Below are positions 12,246-24,036 of a stretch of 58,356 nt of DNA, piece by piece. A program made the translations under genes and the position numbers. The DNA is from Dimorphilus gyrociliatus (taxonomy: Eukaryota > Animalia > Annelida), in assembly GCA_904063045.1 (NCBI GenBank), contig CAJFCJ010000099.1, positions 1-58,356 on the forward strand, read 5' to 3'. Below the pieces are notes generated by a model. The model worked only from the letters and a program-made list of their open reading frames with translations. It did not search any database and was not told the origin of the DNA. Each line of letters starts with the position of its first letter. The stretch's first letter is position 1.

Positions 12246-12799
12246 AAAATTAACGTGCATTAGCTGTGCATTTGTCCATGTTTTCTTTGACCGTTCACTC
12301 AAACTAGAAATGAGTAAAATCTACATCTTTTCATTAGACCATTTATTAAGGAACTGAGCAGCACATAATTAAAGGCAATAAAATTCATTGCCATGTATTA
12401 TTGATGTATAAATATACATTATTTAATGTAGCATGAAACTGTATTGGTAAGGAGGGTGTAAACTATACCCATTTTTTGACTTTAAAATATAGCAGTAAGT
12501 ATGAATGGTTGTATTTATTATCTATGAGAATTGCTACTAATTTAAAGTATTTACGCTATGGATGAGTACTAGAAAGCGAATGAAAATATAAGTTGAAGAA
12601 TACTAACATAACGTTTTTTAATAATAAATATAATATAAAGGCACGTGAGTCTAAACTTGGCATGTCGCCAAGTCTAGTAATTGTGATTATCGACTACACT
12701 GGCAGAGGGAAGAGGAAGATAATTGCCTGATTATATCTCTAACATCTCTTTATATCTTATTATTTCCTGAATGAATCTTGTATCCTAGTTTAAATGTAT

Positions 12800-14100
12800 G
12801 TGATGCTTGTTGATCTAGGTAAAGCATTAGATCATCGACACATAAAGGAGTCTTGTATTGGTCCTTCAACGTTTATTTTCTTGTGGAGGCTTTAGAGTTC
12901 TGTGTAGCACCTCGCATTAAATAATTAAAGTTCCATAGATATTATAGCTGGATCGTATTCGCCATCTTTAATTCGTATTGTAGATATTTTTATGAAATCA
13001 CCTCCCTAGGGTCATTTAAATGCCATCTTTACTAGAGAGTATGGTTTTATCAGTTTTTCTATGGGCTTAAAAGCCTGAACAGTTTTGGATAGATAGCGTT
13101 GTGCTTGGTCTTTGAGCTGGTTCTCATCTGGTATGCGGCAATTGTTTATGAATCTCAGGATCTAGGACATCGTACAATGCATCAGATAGTCTGCTAAGTT
13201 GGCTTTCTGATTTGACATAGCACCATTCCCCAATTCTTTTAGTGGCTAGTAGTGACTTGACTGCAAAGCAAACTGTTTTAGACAATTTTATGTCCCTGTT
13301 TCAAGGTAGTATGCGATAATTTTGCTATCTACGAACACCTTGATAGGTGACTGGAAGAAGATAAATTTTTAAGGTCTTATAAGGTTTGCTAAGGAAAGAA
13401 GAGGCGGACAGAGGAAGAGAGGAGGTATCCTTGATTATCTTTTATAGCATATTCTGCTGCTTTGTAAGCTATATCTGATGTGTCAGGGTATATGCAAATA
13501 GTGTTGGGTGGGGCACTTGCCTTGAGATGAAATAGGTGCCAGCAGTTTTGAAAATACTAAATATAATGCAAGATTCATCAACTTTTTCATCCCACGATAG
13601 ACAATGAAATAGAGAAATCAAGATTTTAATCTGGAGACTGTTTGGTTCAATAAATTCAAGTAATTCGAAGATGCGAACTAGAAAGGATGTGACAAAATGC
13701 AAGATTTTCAAATTATTCTTCATTGTTCCCCACTAAAATAAGGTTGTGTACATAGAAGGAGGATAATGTCATTTCTGAGTCTGTTGTAGAAGGGACATAG
13801 GATCCGTTTCGAATACTTTTTGTAATATGTGTTATCTTTTTAAGTAATTCTTGTACAAGCACATTGAAATCAGAAGAGTGATTTAAAATAACACATCTGA
13901 CTTCCTGTTGGATATATAGCGGTAGTTTAAGAACGAATTGATTGAGTTTATGGTTTTGCGGATGGCCGTTATTTTCTTGTCGGTTTAGGGATATAAGTAA
14001 TGTCTTGATATCAATCCAAACAGAGATATTATCGGCTTGAAGGTGGTAAGGACTTTTTTCTATCGATGTTATCCTGGGTGTTGAAAGGTGTCGTGGAAAA
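12800..14100 (-). pseudogene. pol: BEL/Pao pol relic (RNase H / Peptidase_A17 region to start of integrase)
   Basis: Manual minus-strand translation with stops and frameshifts gives ICIYPDTSDIAYKAAEYAI...LLSSSVRLFFP (cf. FSDASxxAYGAxxY...LLxSKSRVAP), VFVDSKIIAYYL (cf. WTDSxIVLxWI), EWCYVKSES-NLADYL (cf. WRHVPSxDNPAD) and ILRFINNCR. Confidence 0.72.
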
Positions 14101-14199
14101 ATTTTAGGTCTTTCATTGAGTTTTGAAAGCTATTCTTATCTGGGCTTTTGTTATTCAAATTTTTGTTATCTCATAATTTCCATCAGAAAATTTATCAGC

Positions 14200-15600
14200 A
14201 TCCCTTGAACTTTCATGTGAAAAATTAAATGATTGCAAAAGCTGGATGTCAAACTTCGAATTTTAGACAATATCAAATTTAATATTAATTTAACCTCTTT
14301 ATTTCCAAATTGATCATTATTTTCATCACTAACAGTTGAAGGTTCAGTATCAGGTTATTCCATTTCAATACATTATTTTGTCCATGTTTGTTTATAATAA
14401 GCTGATTGCTGTTTTGTATTTCAACATTTTCTGATTATTTAACTAACTGAGCCTGTTTTTATGTTAGGGTTACAATATTTTAATTTTAAGCTCTTAATGT
14501 GGCTTAAGCAATATAAATTCAATACTTTTTGGCGAGTAAAGCCCTTCTATACTTGCTAGATGAAGCTATTATAATGCATAAATAATATAGTTGGTATCAA
14601 CTTTTCATCCTTTTGCCGATTGGTATCTTTAAATATTGGTCCATCAAAACAGCTGACTACATAGCAATCATATTTGAGTGAATCAGAAAACAAATCGCAA
14701 TTACTATTTTCTATAGTTGTACAACGATCTGGACGAAAATCATTTACATAGATAAAATATTCACAACTACTCTCAGATCTGCATTTATTAAAGACAACCA
14801 TAAAGGTCTTATGTAGCAAATTCACTAGTGAAACCACAATTTGACAAAAAATAACTTATTGATTTGAATGCAACTCAATCATATGAGGCAGTTTCACCTA
14901 AAAAGTTAACCTGAGCCCTACAAACTTCAGAACTTAAAATACAAGCAGTAGTTTGAAAATTATAGGTGAAACATCTACAATTTGACAATGATAAACATTT
15001 CATAGAACATTGTTCTAAACTTACAGAAATATCAACTTTTAAATAAGTTGTAAATTGTGCTTTTCTTAAAATTTTTACAAAACCAGGTATAAATGTGTTG
15101 TCATAGTGGCATTGGTTATTTGAAAAGCAACACCCAATATATTATACAATATTCCTGAATAGTAGAATCTGATCTACATTTTCTGTTGGAGAGAGTAGAA
15201 CATCTAGGAGACACATCAAGATTGTCATATTGTCCATCTTTTGGGCCATAGTATTCAAAGGAATCATTCAGTTCAACTAGATCAGGTCGTTCGTGATGAT
15301 TAACTGAATTTAGGAAACATTGACTTTCTGTAATTTTGTAGTCGATTGATCTATTTAATGTCTGAACATAGCAGGTATTTTTAATAGTAGTCCAGTATGT
15401 AAAAATATATATTTCGTATACTTTTTCTTTCATCTCTTGCATTGCATTTTATTGTTGAGCGATAATTAGTACTAGGCTTAAGTTTTTCTCTGACAATAAT
15501 TTTTCCACTCAGCCTCTTTCTTTAACTCAATAACAAAAATGTAAAAAGACCTTTTTGCCGGAAGTTTATTATTCATTCTTTGATGCCATCACAATCAATA
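14200..15600 (-). CDS. Unknown multi-exon, Cys-rich, probably single-pass membrane protein (possibly frameshifted)
   Basis: ORFs 15116-15442 and 14556-14837 are flanked by splice-like sites. Includes a cadherin-like strand pattern SGKIIVREKLKPSTNYRSTIKCNARD and a Cys-rich segment. A hydrophobic LIPTILF/LCIIIASSSKYRRALL stretch needs a 1-nt shift near 14580. Confidence 0.3.
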
Positions 15601-15756
15601 TTTTCATTATTTTTAAGATGTGAATGTCAAAACATAATTAGTTTAATGAGATACTAGATTAATGTAAAGTTTCTTAAAAATCTCTTTAGGCCAAAATTTT
15701 ATTGTTGATCAACATTCAGGTTGAATGAATAAGCTGTGTACCAAAGCAATTTTATG

Positions 15757-15780
15757 TATATATATATATATATATATATA
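15757..15780. repeat. (TA)n microsatellite
   Basis: About 12 TA units, seen directly. Confidence 0.95.
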
Positions 15781-16266
15781 AACTCTATTTAAATATTTAG
15801 CACATTGTTTGCTCTATATAAAAATTAACATTTAACAAAACCATAAAACCGTGATTAAAACCACATAATCTCAATAAAAATTGCATATTTGCCCTAAATA
15901 CATTATAGCATTCTTTAATTTGTATTTTTTAAAAAGTCCCACTCAATGTATACAAGATACAGTGTCAAACATCTACATGATGAAATTGGGTCAAATGATA
16001 GAGTTATCAATGGATTGAAGCAGCTGAGAAACACTCAAAAAGGTATTGTATAAAAGGTAAGCATATTAATATAATCAGTGTTGAGAGCAAGACAAAATTT
16101 CCCTTGAAGGTAAAGTTTTCAGCTGGATTTAGAACATTTTTTACGATTTCAGTAAATTGACCTATGTTAAGGGTATAAATAAAATATGAGAAATAAGTCT
16201 GTTGATTAGGGTTAAGGAGGTTTTGTCTAGCATTCAAAAAATGTTTATGTGTTAATCCGTCAATAA

Positions 16267-16443
16267 TTTAACTTCGAAATAGAAGAAAAAAACGAAATGG
16301 ATGAACAACTACTGTTTAAGAAACATTCAAGAAATGGAATATTTTTTGAGAAACTTTTCAACTTATCAACAACTCTAAAAAATTTGAATTTACAAGATAT
16401 GTATTTAGACGAGAATCAATGTAAAATAATTGAAAAAAATCTA
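16267..16443 (+). pseudogene. RNI-like LRR gene fragment, truncated by the adjacent MULE
   Basis: NGIFFEKLFNLSTTLKNLNLQDMYLDENQCKIIEKNL resembles the repeat unit of the LRR gene at 51.2-52.8 kb (e.g. YLSLSKDTLEIIKISRLYLNQEQMRYF). Confidence 0.5.
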
Positions 16444-17652
16444 TCTGGAAAATGTGCCAAGTAAATCAAGCTTTGTGGCAAAAATCAGGATTCTATTGTT
16501 GTTTTCATAAATGTCATCTTTTAAGAAATCATCAGGAATGAAATTCTTATTTAAATCAAAGTCCACTTCTTTTGGTTCATTAGGCCTAAGTTTTTGTCTT
16601 GTAAAATTTGCAACTCTTTTCAAGTAGTCAATATTTGGCAGAGTCAGTTTGTTCTTGGTGTTTCAACAGAACTGTTTCTGCTAATCTTCTTCCACTTGAA
16701 TGTGTGTCAGTTAGGCACATATCCCTTAAATCTTTCCTGATTGATATATTGGATGATAAACTTTGATTGGCTCCATGAATGTGTTTTTTGCTTCCCTTTA
16801 TAAATGAATTTCCTTGTTGGCGAATTCTTGCAGGACATCTCTGCTTTTTAGTTCTTTTACTGCACACCCAAATGCTACTTTTAGAAGTTTTTGCCTTGAG
16901 TGTGAATGAAAATCCATTGTGTATCAGAATGTCCTTTCCCAGTTGACTTCCACCACTAATTATTTTAAAATCATTATCCATAACTTCTTGGAAAGTGTCA
17001 ACAGCATTGACTGATATTTCATCATTATTTGTATTTGAATCTCTAAGATCATCACCTTTTCTGTTATCTGTTGTCTCTTCATCAATCTTTTCATCTTCAT
17101 TCTCATCCATTGCAACTCTTTCTTTCATTCCTTGATCTTCTAGTCTTGTCATTTGAAGAAGACACTGTCTTTTTTCACAATCCAGACAAACTGACAGCCT
17201 GGAATCTGAAAGGAAATAATTGTATATTTACAATTGAACAGATGAATTACAAAATTCTTACTGATGATACACTTTTCATGAAGAAGCTCATTACATAGCA
17301 AACAGAATTTTCTCTTCTGTCTTCCATAAACTGTAAGTTTGCAATTTTTGCACTTGATTGCCATATTTCAAAATGTGCAGATTTGAAATGTTTAATTTAT
17401 TATTTGAAAAGCAGCAGAAAACTTTGAAACAAATATTTATAATACTATTTCAAGATTCTCTTATCAAGTAATCAACAAACAAATTCAAAATGGCTGACCT
17501 GAAAAAAACTGGTACTTGTATATCACATATTTGTTAAAACAAATAAATCAGTTATTTCATTTTTTGATCTTCTCATGTTGACAGTTAAAATTTCATCCAG
17601 GTACGGTTTCACCCAGGTACGGTTTCACCCGGGTACGGTTTCACCCCTATTC
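16444..17652 (-). mobile_element. Mutator/Phantom-type element (E2), 5' half only: TIR, PHD, FLYWCH
   Basis: Terminal tandem ggtacggtttcaccc units ending ...cccctattc (17600-17652). ATG at 17364 gives MAIKCKNC...CLLCNELLHEKC, then an intron, then VCLDC. FLYWCH WVCSKRTKKQRCPA. Frameshift near 16628; breaks off before the DDE core. Confidence 0.85.
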
Positions 17653-19170
17653 AGTCTTCTTCATTCTTTACATTCTTTAAAACCTAGTTTTTCAATTTGG
17701 TGTAAAAGTATTTTTCACAATGTTAGTTTCACAAGGCATACATTATAATCTTTATAAGCCATCCCCCAAAATGACATTAAGATACTCTTCTTGCAGGCAT
17801 ACCTGTATAGGTATTTTATCTCTGGATATATCATTCAATTATCAAACAAAGTTATCATTGGTCACTTTGGAAAAACTAGGAAAATTGCTTAAAGTTCTAG
17901 TTAGAAATAAAAAAAGACAAAAGAACACTTACTAAAATTATAACGACTATATACTACTTGATTGAGCGACTGTTTAAAAATACAAATTTACAAGGTAATC
18001 ATCAGATGTAATTCTCTGAGTAATAAACCACGATCAAAGCTTTTTTCCGGTATGAGACATCCTATTTGCGCAAATTGTTTTTTGAAAAGCAACAAGACTG
18101 GGCTATTGAAAATTTTAAAAGACTAATTTTCTAATAATCTCTATTAAAAATTCAATATTTAACTTTCGAGATAATGTTAAAGTTAAAAAAAATGCTTTTA
18201 AAGTTTTTAAAATAATCTTTATACTTGTAATTTCATATGTTATTTATTGTTTAGCACTTTCAATTATTAGAATTTTAGCCATTTTTATTGATATTCAAAT
18301 TTCAAATGATCTTTATGCTGGTATTGTTGCTGTCCCCTTTCCATTAACTTCATTGTTAAATATTTCTGTTTTATATTCATTAAACAATCTTTTAGAAATT
18401 TTAAAATTGAAAAATATGAAGAAAAAATTTCTGAACTATATTATTGGAAAAAGGGGTGAAGGTCTGTTAACTTACTAAAAATTGATCATTTTTATAAAGA
18501 TTTATCAATATGTTCTGAGTCAGATAATCAATGAAATCAAATTCATTAGTTCCGATACAGATCTGTGCTGTAGGATAGATGCAACTATTTTATCATGTAT
18601 CGCATAGACATTTATTTTTTCACTTGTTCTTTAATTTTCCTAATCCAATGTTTCCTAATCCAATCCTACTCATGAATATCTTTTAAATAATCCACTTCTT
18701 TCTTCAAAAATCTCTCCTTGCAAATCTCTTTTATCACTCTCTTTTCTGATTGTGGTAATTTGAAAGTCTATCCTACTTTTCACTTTTGCTAAAAAATATA
18801 TAGATATTGATTTCCTTCCATTAAGCCTAATGGAATAATATTTGTCAATATTTTACATTGTTTCTGGTTTTATTACAAGTTTAAGAATTTCTTGCTGTAA
18901 CAACATTTAACAAAACATCTTCAGAAGTAAGAAAAAAGAACACATTAGAATGTTCTTGGCAAAGAAATAATAATGCTTAGTTTATTTGTTTATACGAGTT
19001 GACATGGCAATCATAATGGCATAATAAAGTCTTTGTAAAGATTATCTTTATTATCCTTTTGATCTTTGTTAATGTTTTTTGCATTTTCTAGTTTTATTTA
19101 TATTTTTAATTTTCTCTCTCTCTCTTTCACTTCATTTTGAATTTTAAATAGAATTTATTAGAAATCAATT

Positions 19171-20224
19171 ATGGATAAGAAAGATTATTTCAACTGGACT
19201 ATTCATCATCCAATTTCAAATCCGCTAAGGTCATTTGTTATTGGAATTCCAGTGGTTTTAACATTTTTTTCAACACTTTTGGCTTTGATATTCTTACCAA
19301 AAATAAATCAAATATCAAAGATAACAAAAATTCTATTGTTAAATATAACAATAACAGATTTTATATTTAACTTTCTTTCCATACCGACATCATTGATCAC
19401 ATCAATAATTGGTGTATTTCCATATGGATTTATTTATTGTCAAATTATTGGTGTGACATTCATAACAACTGCTCTGATATCATTATGGTCAATAGCAATC
19501 GTATCAGTTGATCGTTACATTGCTGTAGGATATCCGGATAAGTGAGTAGTAGAATATAAGAAAATGAGTCCTTATGACATTTCTTTGTTTTATATATCTA
19601 TATTTTTCTAGATATAAAACTATTGTAACTGATAGAAGAATCAAAATTGTAATTGCTGCTTCTTGGTTATTTCTATATAGTTTTGGTAGTTTACCCTTCA
19701 TAAGAGTTTTTAAATTTGAATATTATACTTTCCAGGAAAGAGAATTAATATGTTCACTAGAAATAACATTAAATCTACATACATTTGTTGATACTTTTGT
19801 TGGACCATTGTCAGCATCAGCAATAATATTATTCTCAACATTTAAAATTGTTCTTTTTTTAAAAAAACAAAATTCAATTACAGATTCGAAACAATTAAAA
19901 ATTACAACATCAAAAAGAAATTTAAGGATATTCAAAGTTTTAATATTAACATTTGCAACTTTCTATTTATTATGGTTTCCTTTTATTATTTCAATAATTG
20001 GAAGAATGTTTAGTAGTCATTTTCAAAAACGTTCTACTCTTCTCAGTTTTTACTCCTTTTGGTTGATATCATTCAATGGTTTTGTTAATACTTTAATTTA
20101 TGTCTTTATATTTCCTAGTTTGAAGGTGAAATTTTTAAAACTATTAAATATTTGTAGTTTTAAACTGTTCTTTAATAATTCCGTGAACAATTTGGATACT
20201 GAAATTGGATTGTCGAAAGAATGA
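19171..20224 (+). CDS. Orphan class A (rhodopsin-like) GPCR, 2 exons (intron 19542-19611)
   Basis: Seven hydrophobic segments; LLLNITITD (TM2), YCQ, VDRYIAV, LLWFPF, FVNTLIY. The gtgagt...ttctag intron joins PDK to YKT in frame. Confidence 0.9.
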
Positions 20225-20559
20225 ATATGAAATTTCAAAAAAAACAATAGCATCTACTCTAATTTGAGGAAAATCATGTTTGGTTTATATGACATTAAAA
20301 CATTTATTTAACAACTGGCTAAAAGTTTAAAAAGTCAAAGTTGGCTATTTTTAACTTTTGGATCACTTCCAACTTGTCACATTTAATGCTTATAATGATT
20401 TTTACAAAAATTAGCTTTGTAGTATGTGTAATCCAGACTGGAAAGAATGTCTTGATGAATATCGCAATTTGTATAAAATGTGTCAGTATCATGGAAAGAC
20501 AGTTCAGTTTTTTTTCAGATAGGAGTTTTTTACAATCCTCAATTTGGAATATCTCCTTA

Positions 20560-21560
20560 TTTCAATTCATCTACTAATAAGTAAAAAGAGCCTTTGGCCT
20601 TATAGATCAACCTTCAACACGAAGCTTAAACTTCACTATCAGTTCTGATATTATAACCAAACAAAACCATTGTTATTTCTTATGTTTCAAACTATTTCAA
20701 GAAAATGTTCTTTATCTATATATGCCACTGCAAAATAACACTTAGCTTAAAGATACCATTTTATGAAATCAAATAATTTTTTAACAAATGATTTATACAA
20801 CATCCGGTAAAGAAATCCCCAAAGCCGCTTTTTCAAAAGCTAAAATCGTTTGTCTCTGATCATCTTCCTTCTTAAGTTTACAAATAATATGAACAAGTTG
20901 ATTATAAATATTACTTTTATGTAAAATATATTCAATATTCCCAGAATTCCAAAGGAACACAATGAAAACATCATAAACTGATATCTTGACACATGTGTAA
21001 AGAAATTAATTTTCAACTAAATTATCAATTAAAGTGAGGAATACTTATTATTAATAATTATTAATTAAAGTTCATTTATTCAAACAGAGAATAAATTTGT
21101 GCAAAATGATTGTTAAAACTGATCAACTTAATTTTACAAGTCCTAATAAAAAATTTGTTTTCCTTTATGTTTCTATTTCCTCTCCACACATCACTCAAAT
21201 TGTGGTAAGATTTAACTATTATTTACATAATTTTTGGTGATTAATATGAAGGTTGCTAATGAATCAAATAATTTAGGAATAATTTATGAAATATTATAGG
21301 CTAAAAAAATACTTTGATCAATGGTTTAAGCTTTGCCACAAATATTTCTCAAGTTTTTTGTTCTATGCTTGTCTAACATTATAATATAAAGGCAAATTGT
21401 TACATAATGCTAATGTGACGAAACATTTGCTCTTGTCTACATGTTTGATTATGAAACATCTAATCTTTTGCTTACGAAAAGGTATTTTTAGTAGCTGGGA
21501 ACTATCTACCCCAGAGGTGGCATCTACTCTTACAATTCTACCACATAGTAAGATATCATG
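20560..21560 (-). pseudogene. Highly decayed MULE-like transposase relic
   Basis: Scattered minus-strand motifs in MULE order: RIVRVDATSGV (~21520), ILAFEKAA (~20830), AKCYFAV (~20735), IRTDSEV*ASC*RLIYKAKG (~20620; cf. RTNNxVEGWHxRL). Confidence 0.35.
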
Positions 21561-22586
21561 TATATAATATGAAGTAAATATATTTAGTGTTCACCAACTA
21601 CTGCAATACTGCAACATAACAAATAAATTTTCAGAGGAATTACTGAGAGAAGCAACTATTGTAGAATATATTAGTATAAAGGTAATGGACATTATTTTTT
21701 TATATAGGCCTAGCTTTACTGGAGCAAGTAGTGTTTACACTTGTATAAAATATACCTTTAAATGTAACTTAAAGCAATAAAGAAACTATTTAAAGCTGCT
21801 AATTTAAAGAGATGTAAAACTGTAAAGAAGTTATTTCCTCTTAGAATTACAACTAAATGTCATTCTAGTTTAGCAAACAACAAATGTGTGTAAAAAAATA
21901 TGAAATGTTTAAAAGGGTTTTAAAAACATTTCCTATTACTCCACTACATTAGAAACACCTATATTATATTTTAATAGTCTGTTAGATTGAGTTTTTTATC
22001 AAATGAAAAGTTAAACTGGAAACAGTATCAAACTGTGAGATAATTTAAAAATCTCGTTCTTTTTTGTAGCAGTCGCTTAACAATTTTGCCCAAAGAATTT
22101 CTTCGTTTTTCTTTACCAGTTGTAATTTTTTAAATTTTACCTTTTTAAGAAAAAAAATATCCAACACTTACTTTAAAGAATAAAAATAAGCACCAATTTT
22201 TTAATAGCAAAAACAAGTAAGTTTAAACAACCAGTTAATGGTTAAAGAACTGAACTGATAAGGTGGGGAAATGAATTGCCTTTTATACATTTGCCAAAGC
22301 TTGGGTTCAATTACGTCAAAGGCTTACAAAGTTGAAATCTGACTGTCTCATAATTCTCTAGTAACAAATAAAATATAATCTTCAGATTGGGCTCATGTAA
22401 GCCACACATGCAACTGCAAACTAATCAATGTGTCTTCAGCATATGGTATTAAATAAGGTGTAACAACTTTGACATGCATCTTTTCCATGTTCTTTGTTCC
22501 TTTGTTAATTCCCAAGTAGCCGCCATTTGTTATGATCAAAGAGTCTATTTCGTTCAAAATAGAGTTCTTTCTAAAGATCCCCTAAA

Positions 22587-23715
22587 GAATATGATAGAAG
22601 TCGCCCAGAACAGAACTCGCCCAGAAATAGGCAGAACTCGCCCACCACCTATGGCAGAAGTCACCCAGAACTAAGGCAGAAGTCGCCCAGAGGAGTGACA
22701 GAAGTCGCCCTAGCTATTTCAAATAATGAATTTTTTGATGAACTGTAGAGAGAAGAAAATTTAGTTATCATCTATGAAAAACTTTTGTCTGAAAAGAAGA
22801 TTATCAATTATTAGAAAAAACAGTACAGTGTATACAAGGTTAGGTTACGGTTAGGGTTAAATCATGCATTTGGGAGCATTTTCTGTGGCATCCTGTATCA
22901 TGTACTTTTCAAGGGGCCAACAGAAAATGTCCACATAATATAAAAAAAAACAATTAAATAAGAATAGAGAAGATGAAATGATTTTAGAATAAAAAAGTAA
23001 ATGTTGTATAAATGAGTGAATATATCTCACTTAATTGATTAAATGCTAATGATCTGAGAAAATGAAAATCATGAAATTGCAAGTAAAAAAGTTTAGTTAA
23101 GAACATATTTTTTCAAATGGCTTGAACATTTTTTATATTTTTAATGATGTGGAATTAATACTGCTGTACTTTGTTGTATTGTAATTGTAGGAATTTCTGG
23201 CTCCAACAGTTTCTTGCTCTAAGATAGCTCCAACTGCAAAATCAGATGCATCAGTGGTTAGGTAGAAAGGTTTGTAATAATCAGGTAGCTGTAGGATTGG
23301 AGGTGTTATCATAGCTCTCTTGAGGGTATCAAAGGCTTCTTCAGCTTCTTTAGTCCAGTTCAGTTTGCTATTTTTACCATGTTCCTTTATCAAATTTCAT
23401 AGGGGAAAGAAAAGGTTTTTTTTTTATTTTTTCACCTTTTTTTCACTGTTATACTTTTGTGGACATTTTCTGTCTGAACCACTTTTCAACTATATTAAAT
23501 ATTTACTGTTGTTACTGTACTCTTTCAATTCTAAACTGTCTGCTTCAAGAAAAAAAGTATATTCTTTATTAAGCTTTGTCTAAGTATACTATATAGTTAA
23601 ATAACTATGCAGGGGCGAGTTCTGTCTCTGTCCTGGGCGACTTCAATCAAAGTTCCGGGCGACTTCTGTCATAGGTAGTGGGCGACTTCTGCCCTGGGCG
23701 ACTTCTGTTGATCCC
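22587..23715. mobile_element. Non-autonomous derivative of the E1 MULE family carrying foreign fragments (E3)
   Basis: Same cagaagtcgccc tandem TIRs as E1 (22587-~22710, ~23610-23715). Direct repeat gatcccctaaa at 22576-22586 and 23710-23720. Interior holds a MULE C-terminal remnant, two MITE ends and a gypsy fragment. Confidence 0.85.
23195..23393 (-). pseudogene. pol: Ty3/gypsy RT-RNase H connection fragment
   Basis: LNWTKEAEEAFDTLKRAMITPPILQLPDYYKPFYLTTDASDFAVGAILEQ is the canonical gypsy RT-RNase H linker motif. Confidence 0.9.
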
Positions 23716-24036
23716 CTAAAAGCTAACTGTGTGAAATAAAAGTCTCTCTAAAGTTCCACCATTAGGATTCCTTTATGTCTAAAGTCTAAATATTGATATA
23801 TCATTATACTAAGTGAACATTTTTCAAACTTTTCAATTCTCTTTTCTTCAAGTTCTGCCATTGTTGAGATTTTATGCATTTCTTCAATACATAATTCACA
23901 AAAATTCTTGACTTTATGAGTTTGACGGTAGAGTTGAAATAGTCCTATTACTCGTTACCATGGCAATAAAAGGATTAATCATTTTCTACTATATTTCCTA
24001 ATTAGTTTTCTAAACTGAGTGAAACAAAATTTGTTT

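Noticed and set aside
17485-17500. caaaatggctgac motif upstream of both the E2 and E6 transposases (also ~56295), YY1-like
   Set aside because: Explained by common descent of the two elements; no independent evidence of function.
18430-18830. Purine-rich minus-strand stretch suggestive of a decayed retroelement ORF
   Set aside because: Too many stops and no diagnostic motif recognised.
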